Part shown: one piece after another, positions 26,178-34,762 of the stretch
Position numbering within the stretch: position 1 is the first letter of the stretch
Layout: each line of letters opens with the position of its first letter
DNA from: a virus
Lineage: Duplodnaviria > Caudoviricetes
Reading direction: 5' to 3' (one strand)
Virus record (IMG/VR): IMGVR_UViG_3300026549_000064
Span: 1 to 64,000 of that record
DNA length: 64,000 nucleotides
The notes under the pieces: generated by a model
What the model saw: only the letters and a program-made list of their open reading frames with translations
The model's database searches: none
Told to the model about the DNA's origin: nothing
Position numbers and translations under genes: made by a program

Positions 26178-27161
26178 TTACTCCCCGTTTTCGAAGTCTT
26201 GAATCTCTTTGTCATACTCAGCTATCTTAGCATCGTAAGTCTTAATAACATTAAGAATTTTATTGTATTCGGGACTGGAAGGTTTTTTGTCAGCTAAATC
26301 CATGCGCATAATAGCTACGTGATTGATTAGCCACTCTCTCGATTCTTTAATTTTGTTGTTTCTATTAACCTTATAACGAAGCCATGCGTTACCGATTGCC
26401 TTGAAAATGTTAAGGTGCGAAAGAGCTCCAAGGAGAGTATCCAGTAAATCTCCTGGATAGAAATTCATGGCAGCACGCTGATCAAAATCGATGTTTCCAC
26501 CGAAGCCTAAAACCATATCAGCATTTTGTTTACGCATTCTGGAAACATCGTCAAGGAAATTATAATCTCCACGATGCTCGAGTACTCGTGAGATAATTTT
26601 TCCTACCTGCTCAGCATTCTCCATAACAAATTTGTTACGGTACTTAGGGATAGATCCGGCAGTATCGTTACCGATACGAGTGAGGTAAGTGAACAGATAC
26701 ATACTGAAATTGGCTATCAGATTACTATCTCTGAGCATGCCGAGTACAGCCAAAGTGCTCATTTTTGTTTCGTAAATATCTACGGAATCTTTGTCAAAGA
26801 AATCGTCAAGCTTTGGCTTGATCTCTGCTAAAATTTTAGCAAAAATAGAATTTGCTTTACGTAAACTGGATAGCGGGCATTTTCTCTCAGATGCCATAGC
26901 ACCGTTACCAAGATGCTTGTAATATTCATCTAGGCAGGTGTGAAACTCATCGTTGGAGTGATCGAGAGCCGGCCTAACTTTGTTGGTCATCCAGTCGCAC
27001 ATCTCTTGATCAGTGAAATCCTTAAGAGAGCTGCTAATGTCAGTGTGCAATTTAATGTTTTGGTCGATGACGTCCTCTACATCTTCACGCTTCATGTTAG
27101 CGATGCGATTTTTGTCATGCCAATCTTTGATAGCTTTAGCTATCTTAGTTAAAAACATCAT
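26178..27161 (-). CDS. Probable virion (head) protein
   Basis: 327-aa ORF, SD AGGAG; role inferred from context. Confidence 0.5.
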   Translation of the reverse strand: MMFLTKIAKAIKDWHDKNRIANMKREDVEDVIDQNIKLHTDISSSLKDFTDQEMCDWMTNKVRPALDHSNDEFHTCLDEYYKHLGNGAMASERKCPLSSLRKANSIFAKILAEIKPKLDDFFDKDSVDIYETKMSTLAVLGMLRDSNLIANFSMYLFTYLTRIGNDTAGSIPKYRNKFVMENAEQVGKIISRVLEHRGDYNFLDDVSRMRKQNADMVLGFGGNIDFDQRAAMNFYPGDLLDTLLGALSHLNIFKAIGNAWLRYKVNRNNKIKESREWLINHVAIMRMDLADKKPSSPEYNKILNVIKTYDAKIAEYDKEIQDFENGE

Positions 27162-27179
27162 AAACCGTACTTCTCCTTA

Positions 27180-28271
27180 TTAGAACTTGGGTGCGAGACC
27201 TTGTGCATACTGCTTCATCATGGTCATAATGTCAACGCTTTCAGTCTTGGAATTACGTTTGCACTGATCGAAAGTTAATTCGCTAGTAGTATTGATGCCG
27301 TTGTAATACATATGTATCTTACTATACATGACGTCTACTACTACTACGATCATTGACATAGTAGCTTCAAAGAATTTCTGACGGCTATCGTATCTTTGGA
27401 AGTTGATTCCTGAAGTGCTGCAAGCTCTCTTAAATCCCTTGCTCTCATAAATCAGTATAGTGTTGGCAATATTCTGTCTATTGGGCTCAACGTTAAGTAA
27501 TTTAAGCCACAGGTTTCCAACTGCATTAGATCTACGATCTTCCATCTCAGATAGAACGCCGGTCTTGTCTTCGCGAAGTGCTTTGTATCTTTGTGCTCGA
27601 AGATCACAACCTAAAATAAAATCACTCCAGAAAGATATTTCGCCAGAAGTCATCTGTAACCATCTTTGAGAGAATGACGGCTCAAAATTCATAGCAATGA
27701 ACTGAGCTGAAACGTCTTGTGTTACGAAAATAGGGTGAAGCTGTACTAATAGCTGTACAGTAGTTGTGATTGATTTTTTCTCTTCATTGTTAAAGTTAGA
27801 TAGTTTAGCATTGATTACACGGCCAACTGGTAAAGGCTGTACGCTTGACGACTTAGATATCTCGGCAACTGCAGAGGACGACTCACTTTCCATTCCTGCA
27901 AATTTATTGTTTTCTGAAGGTTTGGTTAAAGCGAAGTATTTGGTAATCTCAGTCTTAACGTTAGTTATTGGCTTGAAGTCCTCAGTGGCTACTGTAGATA
28001 ACACATCACGTACTCTTTGTGTACCAGTAACGTATGCGTTTAAGTTTAAGGCTGTTAGAATAAGACCAATGTAGAGATCCAGCAGATTAAGCATAATTGG
28101 CGTAAGGATATCTTCATTGGCTAGCACATCATCAATATAAACTCTGCTGATAACGGTTGATCTTTTAACGAATTTGAATAGAGATGAGTTAGCATTATCT
28201 TGTACGTCGTGAATTGCGTTCACTATGTCGGATAGTGTTTCTTTACTATCTGAGATAACAGTATCGGCCAT
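27180..28271 (-). CDS. Probable virion (head) protein
   Basis: Start reassigned to MADTV (SD AGAGG); ATED and GMES resemble S/A/G-x-E head-protease sites. Confidence 0.55.
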   Translation of the reverse strand: MADTVISDSKETLSDIVNAIHDVQDNANSSLFKFVKRSTVISRVYIDDVLANEDILTPIMLNLLDLYIGLILTALNLNAYVTGTQRVRDVLSTVATEDFKPITNVKTEITKYFALTKPSENNKFAGMESESSSAVAEISKSSSVQPLPVGRVINAKLSNFNNEEKKSITTTVQLLVQLHPIFVTQDVSAQFIAMNFEPSFSQRWLQMTSGEISFWSDFILGCDLRAQRYKALREDKTGVLSEMEDRRSNAVGNLWLKLLNVEPNRQNIANTILIYESKGFKRACSTSGINFQRYDSRQKFFEATMSMIVVVVDVMYSKIHMYYNGINTTSELTFDQCKRNSKTESVDIMTMMKQYAQGLAPKF

Positions 28272-28406
28272 TGTTAAAATCCTCTGTAGTAGTTTGATAT
28301 CTAGCCAATATGGCAATACTGGCCTAGATGCAGTCATAAAATATTGGTAGAGCTGGAAGGGCCGTGAGACCCTTCCAGCTGATTAGCTGTTTAGCATCTG
28401 ATTAAC

Positions 28407-28574
28407 TTAAGCGGCGCACTTGCAGGGCTCGACGTTAGAGATACTGTGCTTAACACGTTCCTTGACTTCGCTTAGTTTAGCACTGTTAAAGCGATCAGTG
28501 CGCGCCAGGTAGCCAGTGATACGTGCGATGTGAGTGAAACCTACTCCCTCGCCGATAAGTGTTGTCTTCGTCAT
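28407..28574 (-). CDS. nrdD: Stand-alone glycyl-radical domain of the class III RNR (55 aa, missing from the ORF track)
   Basis: MTKTTLIGEGVGFTHIARITGYLARTDRFNSAKLSEVKERVKHSISNVEPCKCAA; RITGYL radical motif; SD GGAGG upstream. Confidence 0.92.
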   Translation of the reverse strand: MTKTTLIGEGVGFTHIARITGYLARTDRFNSAKLSEVKERVKHSISNVEPCKCAA

Positions 28575-28612
28575 GATGCGTATAATCCTCCGTGGATGTT
28601 GCAGGTTAAGGC

Positions 28613-31594
28613 TTACGCCGGGTTAGTGATTTGGTTAGATACTATTTCATTTTGCTCAAGATCAGAAAAACGAACGGCGTATTCTGGATCAGGAGAGTAT
28701 GATTTCAGGGAAAGTAACTTACTGACTGGAACTCCTTCGCCTTCTTTTCTTCCGCATCTGGGGCAGGTGTTATCAGGGAAGTAGCCTACATAGCCGCATA
28801 CTGGATCACGATCAACCGGATGATTGATAGCGAAGTAATTCATATTAGCATCGGCCATAGCAGTTACTAGTGCTTCAAATCCTCTGAGATTTTTAGTAGC
28901 ATCTTCAGTAAGTTCGATATAGCTGATACAGCCGCCATCGCAGTACTGGTGATACGGTGCCTCTAACTGAATCTTATCCCAGGCGGTAATAGGGAAGTAT
29001 ACCGGAATGTGGAACGAGTTAGTTAAATAGTCGTGATCAGTTACGCCTTTGATTACACCGAACTTAGCTCGTGTGAGTCTCAGTAGTCTGCCAGTACAAC
29101 CTTCAGCAGGTGAGCCCATAAGAGCAAAGTTAAGCTTATACTTTCTAGCTGCATCTTTCATGCGATCGCTAAGGTGCCTGATTATCTCTAAGCCTAATTC
29201 TTGTGAATCAGAAGATTCGCCATGATGCTTGCCGGTAAGTACCTTAAGTGTTTCAGCTAGTCCGATGAAGCCAAGAGTCATACTGCCTTGCTTAAGAATC
29301 TCAGTAATCTTATCTTCGTTGAGCAACTTTTCACTGCCAATATACAGATGTTGCCCCATTAGGAATGGATAATTCTTAGCTTTACGGTTACTGATAAATT
29401 TCACACGATCAAGTGATAAATCGATGATATCGTCAACTCGTTTATCAACGAGTTCCATAAACTTATCGTACATTGCATCAGGTATATCTGCTGTTGCTGA
29501 TCTAGCTTCCAGCGCAAGATAAGGTAAATTCAGCGTAGTAAAAAATAGATTACCTCTGCCAGTTACCTGTTGATGCTCCGGATCGTATACATTTCCGATA
29601 GTTCTGGTTCTGCAGTTATGGCTAACAATAACACCTACGTCAAACCTATCGCTTTCAGTTTCGAAATCGTAGCCGTGCTCGGGTATATCTTTCTCTAATA
29701 CACTAACATGCATAACTTCGAGCATAGTGTACTTAGCTGGCCTGCCGGGAAATTCATAGATCGACATAGCGTTAGCTGGAATAAGATTACCTTTCTTAAG
29801 ATCTTTAGTTAGAGTTCTGGTAAAGGTTTTCTTATGCATTTCTTCCATCTTGCCAGTAAATATAGGAAGAGGATGATCGTCAGTTACTAGTAGCTCACCG
29901 TATGCGACGTGCCCGATAAGTGTGCCAGTTACATCGTATTTGTTAACCGCATAGTTAATACGAACCCATTTGGTTTCTTTGTTCGTATCAAAAATCATGA
30001 ACTTCTTAACTTTAGTATTGCAGCCTTTGATACTATCGCTAATGAATACAGTCGGTTTAAGCTCAATATACTTAGTATCTTGATCGAATACTTTGTATTC
30101 GTTAGTAGTAGCATAATTGTGATTAAGTAACCACTTACCAGCTTCGGAAATATCTCCAGTGTAAGTTTCACCGTAGTCGGTGTAGAGAGTTACTTTACCC
30201 TCGGCGATAGCACCCATCGTGGCAATCTCAGTTTCAGGGTGACCTGGCTTGTAATACTTAAGATTGTACGGAGCATCTACATTTTCGAAATTAGGGAAGA
30301 GCCTCTTAGCCGAAACTTTACAAGCTAACTGATAAAGATCGTAGTTAATACTGCCTCTATCATTTATTCCTTTCTTCATCTTGAAAATAGAAATCGGAAA
30401 AATAGCAGTTTCACCATTACCAAGGCCGCGATCAACAGCCAAAAGTAAATTCTTAGAAACCATGCGTCCTTCTTCTGTTGTGCACGTTCCGAAATTAACA
30501 CTGGAGAATGGGACTTGTCCTCCCGATCTGGAGTTGAGCGTACAGAGGTTGTGAACCATCGCTTCCATAGCTTGGAAAGTATCATTTTCAGTTTCTCTAC
30601 GAGCATATTTGTGTAGGCTCGAGAGACTAGCTGCGCAGTCGACGCCGTGCACTGTAAAACGAATACCGTCAATTAAGTCATTTAAGAACCACATACCTTT
30701 TTCATCGAGAATAGTATCGTGCTTCTCGATGTAGCGATCTGCTGGCTCAATTAACTTAGTCTTGAAAGCATCTGAATCATAATCGCAGTGAGCTTCGAGG
30801 TACTTAGCTGCGTTACGTACATATGACTTGGCTACATACGGAGCGAGATCATAATCGAGGGTAGGTATGGCCTGCCCGCCAAACATGTCGTTCTGATTAC
30901 TCTGGATAGCTATGCACGCTAAGGTAGCTGCAGAGCGTATGCTTGCTGGGGTACGGAGATAACCGTGACCGGTAGCGAAGCCATGCTTGAGTAACTGCCC
31001 AAGAGGAATCTGAAGGCAATTCATCGTAAGAGCATAAAAGTCAAGATCGTGGATGTGGATAACTCCATCACGATGAAGCTTAGCATACTCAGGCTTAATC
31101 AGATTGTTGAGATTGTATTCCTTAGTAATAGTACCACCAATCTTGAGCATAGCACCCATCGTGCTATCGCCGTTGATGTTGGCATTTTCTCGTTTAGCAT
31201 CAAGATCCTTACTATCAACCATAACCAAATCGGTGATAGTTTTATTAACTACACTGTTAGTGTTACGTGCTCTGGTTCTGTTATCACGATACAGGATGTA
31301 TGCTTTAGCAGTCTCACTGTAGTTACCACGAATAAGAGCCTTCTCTACATTGTCTTGAATACGTTCGATATCATAAGGTTTATCAGCAACGCATTCTCTG
31401 GCGATAGCTGCTTCTACATCGAATCTTATAGTTAAAATGGCTAAGTCGCTGAGACAAGTTTTAGCTGCCTGAGAAGCTGCTCTAATGGCGTTCTCGATCT
31501 TTTTACCATCGTAAGGAACAACACGCCCATCACGTTTCTTGACACTAATCTTACTAAGAGACTCATCAAGTGAGTTATCAAAAGCACCGTCCAT
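28613..31594 (-). CDS. nrdD: Anaerobic (class III) ribonucleotide reductase large subunit with ATP cone and intein; lacks the C-terminal glycyl loop
   Basis: VKKRDGR ATP cone, HIHDLD, QNDMFGGQ, MG/CRT, GRGNL, SPAEG, YLTNSFH, DRDPVCG..CPRC. Confidence 0.95.
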   Translation of the reverse strand: MDGAFDNSLDESLSKISVKKRDGRVVPYDGKKIENAIRAASQAAKTCLSDLAILTIRFDVEAAIARECVADKPYDIERIQDNVEKALIRGNYSETAKAYILYRDNRTRARNTNSVVNKTITDLVMVDSKDLDAKRENANINGDSTMGAMLKIGGTITKEYNLNNLIKPEYAKLHRDGVIHIHDLDFYALTMNCLQIPLGQLLKHGFATGHGYLRTPASIRSAATLACIAIQSNQNDMFGGQAIPTLDYDLAPYVAKSYVRNAAKYLEAHCDYDSDAFKTKLIEPADRYIEKHDTILDEKGMWFLNDLIDGIRFTVHGVDCAASLSSLHKYARRETENDTFQAMEAMVHNLCTLNSRSGGQVPFSSVNFGTCTTEEGRMVSKNLLLAVDRGLGNGETAIFPISIFKMKKGINDRGSINYDLYQLACKVSAKRLFPNFENVDAPYNLKYYKPGHPETEIATMGAIAEGKVTLYTDYGETYTGDISEAGKWLLNHNYATTNEYKVFDQDTKYIELKPTVFISDSIKGCNTKVKKFMIFDTNKETKWVRINYAVNKYDVTGTLIGHVAYGELLVTDDHPLPIFTGKMEEMHKKTFTRTLTKDLKKGNLIPANAMSIYEFPGRPAKYTMLEVMHVSVLEKDIPEHGYDFETESDRFDVGVIVSHNCRTRTIGNVYDPEHQQVTGRGNLFFTTLNLPYLALEARSATADIPDAMYDKFMELVDKRVDDIIDLSLDRVKFISNRKAKNYPFLMGQHLYIGSEKLLNEDKITEILKQGSMTLGFIGLAETLKVLTGKHHGESSDSQELGLEIIRHLSDRMKDAARKYKLNFALMGSPAEGCTGRLLRLTRAKFGVIKGVTDHDYLTNSFHIPVYFPITAWDKIQLEAPYHQYCDGGCISYIELTEDATKNLRGFEALVTAMADANMNYFAINHPVDRDPVCGYVGYFPDNTCPRCGRKEGEGVPVSKLLSLKSYSPDPEYAVRFSDLEQNEIVSNQITNPA
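29615..30211 (-). other. 199-aa mini-intein starting with Ala
   Basis: Interrupts MG|CRT; block B VTDDHPL, block F GYDFET, terminal SHN followed by +1 Cys; no endonuclease motifs. Confidence 0.9.
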
Positions 31595-31738
31595 TGTGAT
31601 AGTTACCTCTATAGATTTTGGATTAAGTCACATTACATCAGGGATAAATAATAATCCGCTCAGAAGATGACGAATAGAGTCTTCAAATAAAAAATGAAAA
31701 TAGATCGTTCTAGCCCTAGAATAGGCTAGAACGACTGA

Positions 31739-32179
31739 TTAGATAGGATATTCGTTGCTCACTAGCCTGCCGGTAGGTAAAGCAAGCAATTCAGTAATAC
31801 AATCAGTGAAATTATCTTTTAATTTGAGTTGTATTTTATCGTAGTGTAATAACTCATCTAAAGTAGCGAATGCTTCGTAGATGTCGGCTAGTGTAGTATC
31901 GAGTTTCTCACGAGGTGTATACGCAGTTAGCTGTAATAAGCTATCTATCATAACACTAGTTCGTATGTTTAGTATGTCAGCTATACGTTTAGCTAATGCG
32001 TTATCCCGTATAATACATTCCAGATAATTCTGTAAAGTTAACTGAGACTGAACGAACCTAGGCAGTTCTGAACGTACTATATTTTCATTGGGTCTTAACC
32101 AGTATTCCTCCGGTATTTCTTTATCGTCGTGTATAGAGATCCATAGCAGCATCCGTATAACTTTTTCGGTGTTAAACAC
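31739..32179 (-). CDS. Hypothetical protein between nrdG and nrdD
   Basis: 146-aa ORF, GTG start with SD GGAGG. Confidence 0.7.
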   Translation of the reverse strand: MFNTEKVIRMLLWISIHDDKEIPEEYWLRPNENIVRSELPRFVQSQLTLQNYLECIIRDNALAKRIADILNIRTSVMIDSLLQLTAYTPREKLDTTLADIYEAFATLDELLHYDKIQLKLKDNFTDCITELLALPTGRLVSNEYPI

Positions 32180-32229
32180 AACAACACCTCCAGTAAGAGT
32201 GGGTTATGAATGACTATAGCATTGCTTTT

Positions 32230-32766
32230 TCAGCACTGTTCTTCGTCAAATTCTTTAGTTCTATCGATAAGAGATACGTTTCCAGAATCGTTTATATATG
32301 CAGTTGCAATCCGTTGGTTACGGCTACCTCTGAATTTAAGCGTAGTATCACGTTCGGCTAAGATAAATGGATCACACACAATGTATTTGAATGCAGTGAT
32401 GAATCGAATAAATTCTGGCGATAGCTGAGTAAACGATTCTAACTCTTCTAAAGTGTAGCCAGTATAAAGCATGAGACCATATTTAGCAGTTTGTAATTTT
32501 TCTATTAGAGGAAGAAGTTCTTTGTACTGATCAACAGGCTCGCCGCCTGAAATAGTTACTTCAGTATCAAGTTTATTGCTAGTTATCTCGGTGAAAATAT
32601 CATCAGCAGTCATATCTTTACCAGCACCGACTTTCCATGTTTCAGGATTGTGACAGCCTTTACAGCCATGCTTGCAGCCCTGGACAAATACAGTGCAACG
32701 AACACCTGGGCCGTTAGCTAAATCGTTGTGAATAATACCAGCTATGTTAATCATAACTACCTCCAT
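32230..32766 (-). CDS. nrdG: Anaerobic RNR-activating radical-SAM enzyme
   Basis: GPGVRCTVFVQGCKHGCKGCHN (CxxxCxxC), SGGEP, FRGSRNQR. Confidence 0.95.
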   Translation of the reverse strand: MEVVMINIAGIIHNDLANGPGVRCTVFVQGCKHGCKGCHNPETWKVGAGKDMTADDIFTEITSNKLDTEVTISGGEPVDQYKELLPLIEKLQTAKYGLMLYTGYTLEELESFTQLSPEFIRFITAFKYIVCDPFILAERDTTLKFRGSRNQRIATAYINDSGNVSLIDRTKEFDEEQC

Positions 32767-32805
32767 GTAAAACTATATAAAATATATACTAAATAAACAT
32801 CTACG

Positions 32806-33388
32806 AAAAAAAAATAAACAGGGGAGTTTCAGCTTTTTGGCATCCCCTGTTTTTTTTTTTGTTAGCTGGCAGAGTTATCTCTGCCAGCCGAAATAATGAT
32901 ACAATTCTTCAGTGAGGTACTCACTCTTCTTCTTCAGAAGAAGTTCCCCACTTCTGTTATAACAAAAGACAGTGTCCCCCCAGCTATGCTTGCTAGGTAT
33001 GTATCTTCTGGTAATTGCGCGGACTATATCAGCATCCGAGAATACCTTGGGCTTACTGCCCTCGAGGGTATACCTACCCTCGCCATGCCGGAGAACCCAG
33101 GCATTCTGCCCAGTGCGTACATACGCACTGAGTTCGTAGATCGCCCCGAATTTCGGGGCGAGCTCTATTGCGTTACGGTCCTCCTGCCCTAAGGAAGTTA
33201 CCTTGCTGGCTTCACGAACAATACGCGCTACGCGAGCGCGTATGCTGTTGATTCTCCGGAAGTTGATAGGTCTTACAATTCTATCCATAATAATTCTCCT
33301 TGCTCTTTCGAGCATTAATTAAAACTGGATTTCGGTTTTACCCTATTCTCCACTTAAATGATATATATATATATAAAATTGACGAACA
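32806..33388 (-). repeat. Promoter-gene-terminator cassette, copy B
   Basis: See copy A at 23270-23844. Confidence 0.95.
32875..33288 (-). CDS. Basic hypothetical protein, duplicated copy B (137 aa)
   Basis: MDRIVRP start after AAGGAG; both copies end ...ELYHYFGWQR. Confidence 0.85.
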   Translation of the reverse strand: MDRIVRPINFRRINSIRARVARIVREASKVTSLGQEDRNAIELAPKFGAIYELSAYVRTGQNAWVLRHGEGRYTLEGSKPKVFSDADIVRAITRRYIPSKHSWGDTVFCYNRSGELLLKKKSEYLTEELYHYFGWQR

Positions 33389-33448
33389 CTTTACAAGTTA
33401 GCTGGCTTATATAAGCCAGCTAACCGTTGGTACTAAGATATATGCAAA

Positions 33449-34354
33449 TTAGTATTTCTTGCAAAGTTCGAATAAATCACGGATAGGTTTGTACTTATCG
33501 TTGTTAAGTACATCTTCTAGATTGGTTACTTTATTTGATTTAGTTTTCTTATCCGTTCCTGCAGCACTGATATATGCCTGATATCGTTTTTTATCATTTC
33601 TCAGCCATGCTTTCTTGTACTTTTTCAGAGCTAGGATGGGAACTTTAGCATAGTCAATAGAGTTATACTCCTTATCAGTTATGTGGTGCTCTACGATATC
33701 GAGTTTCTTACGCAGGCTAACACAAATTTTACGATATTCGGAGACTCTCATTTTCTGCTTGTTGCTATTGATCCAGTCAATGAATTCTTTAGCAATAGCT
33801 CTAGTACGACTCGATGAAGTATTGATACTAGGCAACCATTTTCCCAGTAGTGACGGTTGCTCACTTTTCAAATCATTTTGCATAACGTTGTATGCGTAGT
33901 TGTAAAGAAAATCGATCAGTACTTTAGCCCGATACGCATTAGCGGTATCTTCCTGCATGTCACAAAAATCATTAGCTGCTGCAACTAATTCAAAGATATC
34001 GTCATAACGACCATATCGGTTAATTAATGTAGCAACTAATTTGTTAACAAGATATTTAGAAAAATAATAACCATTGTGGCAAAGTACTTTAGCGAGATAG
34101 TAAATATAAATGAAATAAAACATCTCTCGACTGCCACAACCACCAGCCCGATCTCTCATGTAAGCTAAGATGATGGCTACCTTAATGTAGCCTTCATCAT
34201 CTTCGGAGTCTGAGTCACAAATGTTATCGATACGTGCAAAAGTGCTGCTTGCTGTGCAGAGCCATCTTGACTGACGTACTTCCTCAAATAAATTCTGTAA
34301 AGATTCAGTAACTGACTCCTGCTTAATTTTCTCAAGTATATCATTCTGCGGCAT
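33449..34354 (-). CDS. DUF2828/TROVE-like helical domain lacking the C-terminal vWA domain
   Basis: MRDRAGGCGSREMF, YGRYDDI, LGKWLPS, YRK...LRKKLDIVE, IDYAKVP..A..KY.KAW.RND..RY match the recalled family pattern. Confidence 0.7.
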   Translation of the reverse strand: MPQNDILEKIKQESVTESLQNLFEEVRQSRWLCTASSTFARIDNICDSDSEDDEGYIKVAIILAYMRDRAGGCGSREMFYFIYIYYLAKVLCHNGYYFSKYLVNKLVATLINRYGRYDDIFELVAAANDFCDMQEDTANAYRAKVLIDFLYNYAYNVMQNDLKSEQPSLLGKWLPSINTSSSRTRAIAKEFIDWINSNKQKMRVSEYRKICVSLRKKLDIVEHHITDKEYNSIDYAKVPILALKKYKKAWLRNDKKRYQAYISAAGTDKKTKSNKVTNLEDVLNNDKYKPIRDLFELCKKY

Positions 34355-34409
34355 GAGAGAACTCCTTGCTATATGTTAAAAGATGCGTGCTCAGCTAGCT
34401 GAGCACGCA

Positions 34410-34690
34410 GCAACTAGACACGATGAAGATGCCTCGAGATGCCCTAGGAGGATGACATCTCTGCAGAGCTTCCTTCACTACTTCTGAGTGATTATCTGCT
34501 GATCTCGTGCCTAAAGGGAACTGTAACACCAGTACCTAGATACTAAGGAGTATGCATGTGTGGTGATTTGCAGTGCTGTATGTACCTAATAGTGTTATAA
34601 TTCCGATAGACTCAGTGGTGTGTTGTTCAGGCGAGAACGGCCAAATCTCTGCCAATTTACTGAGTCTAAAATATATTAGACTACTAATAA
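34410..34690. ncRNA. ORF-less structured intergenic region (candidate ncRNA or leader)
   Basis: No ORF of note; pairings cacga/tcgtg, agatg/catct, taacac/gtgtta, tagactcag/ctgagtcta. Confidence 0.35.
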
Positions 34691-34762
34691 AAAAGTATAC
34701 TTAACTAAATTAAAGCATAAAAGTCATATGATATGACCTTTAGATTATAGGAGTAGCTAACT

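Noticed and set aside
29615-30211. Homing endonuclease or class 3 mechanism in the intein
   Set aside because: Too short, no LAGLIDADG/HNH motifs, and the WCT triplet is absent
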